From contig JANTGL010000002.1 in NCBI GenBank assembly GCA_024762915.1, forward strand, positions 1 to 39,151: a stretch of DNA of 39,151 nt, given 5' to 3'. Under the pieces are notes generated by a model. That model worked only from the letters and a program-made list of their open reading frames with translations. It was not told the DNA's origin and ran no database searches. Positions 27,901-34,591 of this stretch are shown one piece after another. The DNA comes from Bacteroidales bacterium (GTDB lineage: Bacteria > Bacteroidota > Bacteroidia > Bacteroidales > JAADGE01). A program made the position numbers and the translations under genes. Position 1 is the stretch's first letter. Each line of letters starts with the position of its first letter.

Positions 27901-28016
27901 GTATTTGCCTGTTTAAAATAATTTACGGCTTGTTGATATTTTTCTTTATCCGATTGAGAAAAAACTGTTACAAATAATAAAAATAATAAGCTGAATAATA
28001 AACTAAAAAATTTCAT
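24978..28016 (-). CDS. exported TPR-repeat protein with a C-terminal CHAT (caspase-like) domain
   Basis: The signal peptide is MKFFSLLFSLLFLLFVTVFSQ. It carries about 10 TPR_12-like repeats (A..YY.KAL.I....G.NHP..A..YNNIG). The CHAT His and Cys regions are YIHIATHG and LVVLSACETG. The ORF-track start at 28148 looks over-extended. Confidence 0.8.
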   Translation of the reverse strand: MKFFSLLFSLLFLLFVTVFSQSDKEKYQQAVNYFKQANTFKQKFDFDNAELYFTKAANLFQEYHYIGNYIQCRYSISDIDIQTNKFNEAEVILDEIEALAKQKYGEENKFLTNIYFGQGLVAAYKGKTDSAILLYDKAATLNDKFDTPNSFLKSNIYGSLGNAYSDKGNYKKALEYYVNDLNIKKGFIGENHPMLAVTYNNIANVYQSNGDSKSALEYIDKALKLSIAAYGKNNPETAKYYSSKGSIYAENDEYDLALEYFNTALLIDKSIYGNNHKSIADILNNIGIIYNKKGETDKALISFKDAYDIQLRVLGENHPDIAGTCNNIGYILEQQGKKESALKFYQKAIEIKKQYYGENHPELASYYNNIGNNYTKRKEYDNALKYLLKAAQILESNYGNKNTILVNIYANIGEIYVKKNDFHNALLYYQKSIAANVRDFNPEANDYFLNPVLKNYTNVNKLLISLEGKAQAFNALYQKDSLYNFIKAAYEDYILCDSVIIEARKTVIKKEDKINLGNNARKIYEQAVITAIGLSYITTDKKEKTYYEEQAFIFAEKNKAAVLSDAVSAAEAASFSGIPKDITDKEKHYKIEISGIEKSIALAVNNKELGRLNQKLFYLNNELRDFNKQIETDYPKYYKSKYKTTTFKLKDIQKNLDDESAVRSYFIGEFYILIFTITKDKLYIGYSDKPDNLYAQIKRFNKNITSGYASAFPEYLKSANDLYNILFPGRIPENLKKLTIIPDGIINLIPFEALITESYKGDINDFKNYPFLIKKYQINYDYSADLLLKSYKGKGSTNNASDWLGIAPVFDKAGSTVINGMSVTPLPGSEKEVNLIDSVFTDENRSVEEVLNNNATESYIKQANLKDYKYIHIATHGIVNIAEPKLSGLIFYPEKNGNDGILYSGEIYNLELNADLVVLSACETGIGKISKSEGVIGLSRALIYAGAKNIIVSLWKVSDESTTDLMVDFYKNLIINKEDKTEALYNAKIKMIETGGNFAHPFFWSPFVLIGK

Positions 28017-28076
28017 ATGAAAAGAGATTTTTATATTTTTACGAACAGTAAAATTAGTAATTATTTTTTTATATCT

Positions 28077-28934
28077 ATGAATAATCCTTCGGATAAAACG
28101 TTTAAAGTTGATATTGAAAAAGTTATAAGATCTCAAGAGAATCGGCATATAAAAAAGATGCCCAATTTTGTAGTAAGATACATTAAAAAAGTTATTCGGG
28201 AAGATGAGTTAAATAAGATTACTGAATATGCAGGTGATTCACAGGGAATTGAATTTATTAAGAAATCAATGGAATATTTAAATGTAACCTGTAATTTCTT
28301 TAATAAAGAAAATATTCCGCCTGAAGGACGATACATATTTGCTTGTAATCACCCGCTTGGCGGAATTGATTTTTTCGCGGCAATTCTCTCAATTAATGAT
28401 AATTATAATAATATCAAAGCCATTGCAAATGAAATGCTGATGCATGTAAAACCCTTACAAGACATTTTCTTACCCGTAAATGTTTTCGGTAAAAATTCCG
28501 AAAAGGCTAAAGAAGACATCATGAAAGCTATGGCATCCGAAGATATTCAAATGATGACTTTCCCTGCCGGAGAAGTTGCTCGAAAACATAACGGAAAATT
28601 AGATGACGGAAAATGGCACAGAAGTTTTATCAGACATGCCGTTGAATTTGAAAGAGATATTATTCCTGTTTTTATAGATGCTGAAAATTCAAAAAAATTT
28701 TACAGAATTGCAAATATCAGACGAACTTTACGTTTAAAAACTGATATCGAACTTTTTTTACTGCCGCAAGAACTGGTAAAACAAAAGAATAAAGTCATCA
28801 ATGTTACTTTCGGGAAACCAATATCATACAAAATTTTCGATAAAAATAAACACATTTGTGAATGGGCTCAAGAAGTAAAAAAAGTTGTATACGGGCTAAA
28901 AAGAAATAAAAATTTAACTTTGCAAAATGAATAA
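28077..28934 (+). CDS. LPLAT/PlsC-superfamily acyltransferase, paralog 1 (GlsA/OlsA-like O-acyltransferase candidate)
   Basis: The motifs are ACNHPLGGIDF (acyltransferase His/Asp block) and FPAGEVARK (block III). I chose the start at MNNPSD because it aligns with the paralog's N-terminus. Confidence 0.65.
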   Translation: MNNPSDKTFKVDIEKVIRSQENRHIKKMPNFVVRYIKKVIREDELNKITEYAGDSQGIEFIKKSMEYLNVTCNFFNKENIPPEGRYIFACNHPLGGIDFFAAILSINDNYNNIKAIANEMLMHVKPLQDIFLPVNVFGKNSEKAKEDIMKAMASEDIQMMTFPAGEVARKHNGKLDDGKWHRSFIRHAVEFERDIIPVFIDAENSKKFYRIANIRRTLRLKTDIELFLLPQELVKQKNKVINVTFGKPISYKIFDKNKHICEWAQEVKKVVYGLKRNKNLTLQNE

Positions 28935-29820
28935 TGAAAAAGAAACAAATACGGAAGAAATAAGTTATCAGCAATTAGATATTGAACATATCCTCAGAAA
29001 TCAAGAAAATAAAATTGTCAGAAATTTACCGAAATTTATTATTAATCGAATAAAAAAATCATTTCATGAAGTCGAAATTAATGAAATTTTAAAAAAGATA
29101 CATGATAAATACGGTCTTGAGTTTGTGAATGGTGTCGTTGAGAATTTGAATTATAAAGTTATCGGTTACAACCAAGAATTATTACCTGAGAAAGGAAAAT
29201 ATATTTTTGCGGGTAATCATCCTTTCGGAGGAGCAGATTTCGGAGCATCCATATATATACTCAGCAAAAAATATAATAAAATTAAATTGGTTGCAAATGA
29301 AATGTTCTTGCATGTTGAAAATGCTAAAGAAATTTTTCTTCCTGTCAGCATTTTAAAAAGTAATGAGAAAGGGAAAATGGATAATATAGATAAATCTCTT
29401 TCTGATGATGACACTCATTTATTAATTTTTCCTGCAGGAAAAGTTGCAAGAAAACACAAAGGGAAAATAGATGACGGATTATGGCACAGAAGTTTTATCA
29501 GAAATGCAATTTTATTTAAAAGAGATATTATTCCTTTTTTTGTTGCCGGTGAAAACTCTAATAAATTTTATCGTTGGGCAAGAATCAGAAAGTTTTTCGG
29601 TATAAAAGCAAATTTAGAATTCTTTTTACTGCCCGGAGAAGTTTTTAAAAAACGAAATGCATCCATTCAAATTGTATTCGGAGAACCTATCCCCTTCACT
29701 ACTTTTGATGATTCAAAAACACATTTGGAATGGGCTCAAGAAGTCAAAAAAAATGTTTATGAACTTGGTGAAAAGTCTTTAAATCAACCCATACCTGATT
29801 CCGTAAAAAATCTGAAATAA
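28927..29820 (+). CDS. LPLAT/PlsC-superfamily acyltransferase, paralog 2
   Basis: The motifs are AGNHPFGGADF and FPAGKVARK. Long identical strings are shared with paralog 1 (WHRSFIR, EWAQEVKK). It overlaps paralog 1 by 8 nt. Confidence 0.65.
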   Translation: MNNEKETNTEEISYQQLDIEHILRNQENKIVRNLPKFIINRIKKSFHEVEINEILKKIHDKYGLEFVNGVVENLNYKVIGYNQELLPEKGKYIFAGNHPFGGADFGASIYILSKKYNKIKLVANEMFLHVENAKEIFLPVSILKSNEKGKMDNIDKSLSDDDTHLLIFPAGKVARKHKGKIDDGLWHRSFIRNAILFKRDIIPFFVAGENSNKFYRWARIRKFFGIKANLEFFLLPGEVFKKRNASIQIVFGEPIPFTTFDDSKTHLEWAQEVKKNVYELGEKSLNQPIPDSVKNLK

Positions 29821-29823
29821 ATA

Positions 29824-31458
29824 TTAAAATCCGTTTAAATTCATTGTTACCGTAGGTATTAATAATAAAAATCCGAGAATAATTAATCCGATCATAAAAG
29901 GGGTTATCCATTTTACCCATTTATCATAAGGAATTTTTGCCACACCCAAAACGCCTATTAACACACCTGAAGTTGGTGTAATCATATTCGTAAATCCGTC
30001 ACCGAATTGAAAGGCAACAACCGTTGCTTGACGCGAAATTCCGATATAATCAGAAAACGGTGCCATAATCGGCATAGTAATGGCAGCTTTTGCCGAACCC
30101 GAAGGAATAACAATATTAATAACCGTTTGTATCAGGTACATAATTCCGACAGATGCAACTTTCCCGAAATCTTTCATTCCTTCTGCCATGCTGTGTAATA
30201 TTGTATCAATTATTTTTCCTTCCTGCAGAATAATAACAATTCCGCCGGCAAGACCTACCACGATGGCTGCAGACATAATATCTCTTGCTCCGTCGAGAAA
30301 ATATTTCGTAATTTCATTTGGTGTATAATTCATTGCAATCCCGGTTAACAATCCCATTGCCAAAAACAGGGTTGCAATCCGCATAATATACCAACCGTAA
30401 CCCATTACTCCGATTATCAAAAATACAATCGTAAAAGCCAATAAATTTAAAATAAAAAAATGCACTGATTTTTTTATCGAAAAGAAACTTGTAACAGTAA
30501 AAATTCCGGTTGCAATCGGTATCATAGGAGCAATAAATGACGAGTTTCCGATTTTTAAAGTTGTTTCAGGAAATTCAATTGAAAAAAGAACAAGTGCAAT
30601 GAAAATAAATCCGAAAACTAACCAAGCTCTATAAGGTGTATGATATTTAACATCTTCAATTTTCTCACCTGCGCCTCTGTTACGCCAATAAATATCGGTT
30701 TCGTAAACAAGCGATTTTTCGGGATGTTTCTTCACTTTATTAGCGTATCTTAAAATAAAAGCAATTCCGAAAGCATTAATTATCAGCCAAGTAACAATTC
30801 GGTATTCAATTCCCGAGAACAAGGGTAATTCAGCAATTCCTTGTGCGATACCGATTGTAAACGGATTTAAGATTGCTCCTGCAAAACCCAATCCGGCAGC
30901 CACAAAAACAATGGCAACACCGGTAATGGAATCGTAACCCATTGATATGGCAAGCGGAACAAGAATAACAATAAAAGCAATCGTTTCTTCACTCATTCCG
31001 AATACCGCACCGAAAATACTGAACATCAACATAATCAGAGTAAGAATAATATTTTGTACACCGATTATCCGGAGAAATTTATGTTTTTCCAACTTTTTTG
31101 TGAAATTTAAAAAGGCATAAATTCCTACATCAATCGATTTTGTCGTATTCATAATCCAAAAAGCACCGCCCACCATCAAAATAAAAACAATAATACCTGC
31201 TTGTTTTTCAAAACCTTTATACAAAGCTGCAAAAACTTGCCACGTTTGAGGACTGCTTTCAAGATATTCAAATTTCGGTTCGGAAACTGTTTCTCCGTCA
31301 ATTACAACATCTTCATAAACAACTTCTTGCTTTCCGGTTTTAGGGTTTATTTCCTTAAGGTATTGTCCGCCCGGCACAATCCAAGTTGCAAGGGCAGCAA
31401 TGATAATAATGTAAAAAACAATAACATAAGTATGCGGTATCTTCTTCTTTTTTAACAT
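29824..31458 (-). CDS. YfcC-family (DcuC/ArcD-like) polytopic transporter
   Basis: The N-terminus KKKIPHTYVIVFYIIIIAALATWIVPGGQY is characteristic of YfcC-type carriers. It has more than 10 hydrophobic segments. Confidence 0.75.
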   Translation of the reverse strand: MLKKKKIPHTYVIVFYIIIIAALATWIVPGGQYLKEINPKTGKQEVVYEDVVIDGETVSEPKFEYLESSPQTWQVFAALYKGFEKQAGIIVFILMVGGAFWIMNTTKSIDVGIYAFLNFTKKLEKHKFLRIIGVQNIILTLIMLMFSIFGAVFGMSEETIAFIVILVPLAISMGYDSITGVAIVFVAAGLGFAGAILNPFTIGIAQGIAELPLFSGIEYRIVTWLIINAFGIAFILRYANKVKKHPEKSLVYETDIYWRNRGAGEKIEDVKYHTPYRAWLVFGFIFIALVLFSIEFPETTLKIGNSSFIAPMIPIATGIFTVTSFFSIKKSVHFFILNLLAFTIVFLIIGVMGYGWYIMRIATLFLAMGLLTGIAMNYTPNEITKYFLDGARDIMSAAIVVGLAGGIVIILQEGKIIDTILHSMAEGMKDFGKVASVGIMYLIQTVINIVIPSGSAKAAITMPIMAPFSDYIGISRQATVVAFQFGDGFTNMITPTSGVLIGVLGVAKIPYDKWVKWITPFMIGLIILGFLLLIPTVTMNLNGF

Positions 31459-31524
31459 TGTTTTTAATTATAATTTTTGAGATGTAAATAAATTATTTTT
31501 TTTTCGATTTACCAAATCAGCATG

Positions 31525-31783
31525 AAATCGAAAATTCGAAATTTGAAAATTGAAATTTCTTCACTGACACTAAAAATCGAAATACAGAAGAAATTCAGCA
31601 CGAACCCCTAACCGCTATTCCCTAACTAGTATTCTATAACTAGTAACTCCTAATCCCTAATCCCTAATCCCTAATCCCTAATTTCTAATCCCTAATTCCT
31701 TAAAAACTATTAACTTTTCCCTTTCATCTTTTAACTTTCTCCTTTTAACTTTTAACTTTGTACTTTCAACTTTCAACTTTCAA
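31525..31783. repeat. phase-locked heptanucleotide array, 37 consecutive 7-nt units (AAANNNN, TAANNCC and CTTTNNN families)
   Basis: Parsed by hand with no indel. The unit families start at offsets 0, 84 and 182 nt, all multiples of 7. It includes taatccc x5, cttttaa x3 and ctttcaa x3. Confidence 0.9.
31753..31760 (+). promoter_or_regulatory. candidate -7 box TAacTTTG for hutI, formed by the heptamer units
   Basis: It matches TAnnTTTG and lies 29 nt upstream of the ATG at 31789. Confidence 0.4.
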
Positions 31784-31788
31784 CTAAA

Positions 31789-33027
31789 ATGCGCATCCTC
31801 ATAAAAAAAATAAAAAAACTCGTTCAAACCGAAGACAAACCGAAACTCAAAGTCAGCGGAAAACAAATGGCAAAAATCGGAAGTATCGATAATGCTTACC
31901 TTATTCTGAAAAATGATATTATTGAAGACTTCGGAAAAATGAAAGATATGCCTCAAATTGAAGGCAACTACAAAAGCATTGATGCAAGCGGAAAAATGGT
32001 TTTTCCTTCTTTTTGCGATTCGCACACCCACTTGGTTTATGCCGGAAACAGAGAGATTGAATATAACGATAAAATAAGAGGACTTTCGTATGAAGAAATT
32101 GCCAAACGAGGCGGCGGTATTTTAAATTCCGCAAAGTTGCTGAATGATACTTCCGAAGACGAACTTTATGAGCAAGCACTGCCGCGAATAAACGAAATTA
32201 TCTCACAAGGAACCGGTGCAGTTGAAATTAAAAGCGGTTACGGGCTGACACTTGATGGTGAACTGAAAATGTTACGCGTTATAAAACGTCTGAAAGAAAC
32301 AACACCTTTAATCATTAAATCCACATTTTTAGGGGCTCATGCCGTACCTGCCGAATACGAAAGTAAACAAAGCCAATATGTTAATTTTGTTATTAATGAT
32401 ATTTTACCTAAAGTTGCCGAAGAAAAATTGGCTGATTTCATTGATGTGTTTTGCGACAAAGGATTTTTTACGGTTGAAGAAACCGATAAAATATTAAAAG
32501 CCGGTGCAAAATACGGTTTGCAGCCGAAAATTCATGCCAACGAATTGGATTTTTCCGGCGGCGTGCAAATCGGTGTTAAACATAATGCTTTATCGGTTGA
32601 CCATTTGGAATACATCGGTGATGAAGAAATAAAAGTTCTGAAAAAATCGAAAACCATGCCGACCATTTTACCCGGTGCCGCTTTCTTTTTAAACATGCCC
32701 TACTCGCCCGCTCGAAAAATGATTGATGCCGGTTTACCGCTTGCTCTTGCGTCTGATTTTAATCCCGGTTCTTCACCTTCGGGAAATATGAAGTTGATGA
32801 TGTCTTTTGCAAGTATCAATTATAAAATGACGATTGAAGAAGTCATAAACGCAAGCACCATCAATACAGCTTATGCAATGAATATCAGCAAAATATCAGG
32901 AAGCATTGGCAAAGGCAAAAAAGCAAATGTTTTTATTACAAAACCGATGCCTTCACTTGAATTTTTCACTTATGCCTACGGCAGTAATTTAATTGATACG
33001 GTTATTTTGGGCGGGGAAATATATTGA
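31789..33027 (+). CDS. hutI: imidazolonepropionase
   Basis: The amidohydrolase/HutI motifs are FCDSHTHLVYAG.RE.E, GGGI, KIHANEL and SVDHLE....ASDFNPGSSP. Confidence 0.9.
   Translation: MRILIKKIKKLVQTEDKPKLKVSGKQMAKIGSIDNAYLILKNDIIEDFGKMKDMPQIEGNYKSIDASGKMVFPSFCDSHTHLVYAGNREIEYNDKIRGLSYEEIAKRGGGILNSAKLLNDTSEDELYEQALPRINEIISQGTGAVEIKSGYGLTLDGELKMLRVIKRLKETTPLIIKSTFLGAHAVPAEYESKQSQYVNFVINDILPKVAEEKLADFIDVFCDKGFFTVEETDKILKAGAKYGLQPKIHANELDFSGGVQIGVKHNALSVDHLEYIGDEEIKVLKKSKTMPTILPGAAFFLNMPYSPARKMIDAGLPLALASDFNPGSSPSGNMKLMMSFASINYKMTIEEVINASTINTAYAMNISKISGSIGKGKKANVFITKPMPSLEFFTYAYGSNLIDTVILGGEIY
32960..33020 (+). repeat. 61-bp perfect direct repeat, left copy (3' end of hutI)
   Basis: It is identical to 34441-34501 when compared base by base. 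Confidence 0.95.
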
Positions 33028-33180
33028 TAGCCATCGTATCACTATTTTAATTTAAGTAAAACTAATTTGCATTTAATTCTTTATTTATCAACAAAATAAT
33101 ACGATAATTCAAGAATTTACCGTTATACTGAAAAAATAGAAATTCCTACAATTTATTTTCATTATAATGAAATTATTCGT

Positions 33181-33188
33181 ATATTTGA
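33181..33188 (+). promoter_or_regulatory. candidate -7 box TAtaTTTG for the ATPase gene
   Basis: It matches TAnnTTTG, lies 15 nt upstream of the ATG at 33203, and is flanked by the ttttcatta repeats. Confidence 0.35.
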
Positions 33189-33202
33189 CATAAATTTTCA
33201 TT

Positions 33203-34399
33203 ATGAAGAATATATTACGAAATAACTATTTAAAATTAACAGAACCTTTTATCGACAAACAAATCATAAAAGTTTTAACCGGAGCAAGACGCGTCGGTAA
33301 AACAACGATTTTGCATCAAATAAGTAATCTGATTAAACAAAAGGATAAAAACGCAAATATTATTTTTATAAATAAGGAATATTTTGAATTCAGACATATT
33401 AAAAATGAAGAAGATTTATATTTGTATGTAAAAGAAAAAACACGAAAAAATAAAAAAAACTATGTTTTTATTGATGAAGTTCAAGAAATATTAAATTTTG
33501 AAATTGCATTAAATCAACTGTTTGCAAAACAATATGACATCTGGTGTACCGGAAGCAATGCAAGAATGTTATCGGGAGATTTGGCGACTTACCTTTCCGG
33601 AAGATATATTGAATTTAAAATTTCAAGTCTTTCATACAATGAATTTCTTGAATTTCACAACTTACAAAATAACAATGATACTTTATTAAAATACATTCGG
33701 TTCGGCGGAATGCCTTATCTGATAAATATTACATTAGAAGATGAACTTGTTTACGGTTATCTGAAAAGTATCTACAACACCATTATTCTGAAAGATGTCA
33801 TTGCTCGTTACAATATTCGAGATATTGATTTTATTGAACGTTTAACGGAATATTTATCGGATAACTTGGGAAGTTATGTTTCTTCAAAAAAAATTACCGA
33901 CTTTTTAAAATCGCAACATATTAGTCTGTCAATTAATACCGTATTAAATTATTTGCAATATCTGACAAATTCTTTTTTTATACATAAAGTTCAGAGATAC
34001 GACATTCAAGGAAAAAAGCGTTTTGAAATTAATGATAAATATTATTTTGAAGATTTGGGTTTAAAACATGCCGTGATACCGTATCAAGCAAATGATATCG
34101 GAAAAGTTTTTGAAAATTTGGTTTATAAGCACCTTAAAAATAACGGATATACACTTTATATCGGAAAAATAAAAAATTATGAGATTGATTTTGTCGCACA
34201 GAAAAATAACATAACAAAATATTTTCAAGTTGCCTATTTACTTCCCGATGAAAAAGTTATCGAACGAGAATTCGGTAATTTATTAAAGATTAATGATAAT
34301 TATGAAAAAACGGTTATTTCTGCCGATGAATTAATAAAAGGAAATTTTCAGGGAATAAAACATATGAATATTAAAGATTTTCTTACAAATATTCCTTAA
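33203..34399 (+). CDS. AAA+ ATPase, AAA_14 N-domain plus DUF4143 C-domain (COG1373-type)
   Basis: Walker A is GARRVGKTT and Walker B is VFIDEVQ. The C-terminal YEIDFVA...YFQVAY region corresponds to the DUF4143 restriction-endonuclease-like module. Confidence 0.8.
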   Translation: MKNILRNNYLKLTEPFIDKQIIKVLTGARRVGKTTILHQISNLIKQKDKNANIIFINKEYFEFRHIKNEEDLYLYVKEKTRKNKKNYVFIDEVQEILNFEIALNQLFAKQYDIWCTGSNARMLSGDLATYLSGRYIEFKISSLSYNEFLEFHNLQNNNDTLLKYIRFGGMPYLINITLEDELVYGYLKSIYNTIILKDVIARYNIRDIDFIERLTEYLSDNLGSYVSSKKITDFLKSQHISLSINTVLNYLQYLTNSFFIHKVQRYDIQGKKRFEINDKYYFEDLGLKHAVIPYQANDIGKVFENLVYKHLKNNGYTLYIGKIKNYEIDFVAQKNNITKYFQVAYLLPDEKVIEREFGNLLKINDNYEKTVISADELIKGNFQGIKHMNIKDFLTNIP

Positions 34400-34440
34400 A
34401 AATATGTTTAAAGAATTGCACCGAAAAATACTTTCAACTA

Positions 34441-34501
34441 AATTTTTCACTTATGCCTACGGCAGTAATTTAATTGATACGGTTATTTTGGGCGGGGAAA
34501 T
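34441..34501 (+). repeat. 61-bp perfect direct repeat, right copy (orphan hutI 3' end)
   Basis: It is identical to 32960-33020. Confidence 0.95.
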
Positions 34502-34540
34502 TATTTCTTAAAAATCATTTTTTCTTTAAGTCAAAAAAAT

Positions 34541-34548
34541 TACTTTTG
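34541..34548 (+). promoter_or_regulatory. candidate -7 box TActTTTG for ftcD
   Basis: It matches TAnnTTTG and lies 44 nt upstream of the ATG at 34592. Confidence 0.35.
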
Positions 34549-34591
34549 AAAGTTAATTTTTCAAGTTTCCAATTCTCAAATTTCAAACAAT

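Larger units (their letters stand above)
33021..34440 (+). mobile_element. candidate 1.4-kb single-gene insertion cassette (AAA_14/DUF4143 ATPase) between hutI and ftcD
   Basis: It is bounded by the 61-bp direct repeat. The right copy preserves an alternative hutI C-terminus (GGEIIS*). No integrase or transposase is present, and I saw no terminal inverted repeats. Confidence 0.45.

Noticed and set aside
28017-28148. The long ORF-track starts for the CHAT gene (28148) and acyltransferase 1 (28017), which would make the two divergent genes overlap by 132 nt.
   Set aside because: The CHAT protein has a clean signal peptide beginning at the Met encoded at 28016. Acyltransferase 1 aligns with its paralog from the Met at 28077. 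The extensions are basic and low-complexity.
30007-31455. Plus-strand ORFs antisense to the YfcC transporter gene (30007-30328, 31201-31455).
   Set aside because: These are antisense shadows of a polytopic membrane-protein gene, with no motifs and mutually overlapping frames.
31648-31699. The (CCCTAAT)n run resembles eukaryotic telomere repeats (CCCTAA / CCCTAAA).
   Set aside because: It is internal to a bacterial intergenic spacer and flanked by ordinary bacterial genes on both sides. It is only one block of a longer in-phase heptamer array with other unit types, so it is not a chromosome end or eukaryotic contamination.
31525-31783. Possible CRISPR array or other spacer-repeat structure.
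   Set aside because: The units are 7 nt with no unique spacers. There are no 24-48-bp repeats, no leader and no cas genes anywhere in the window.
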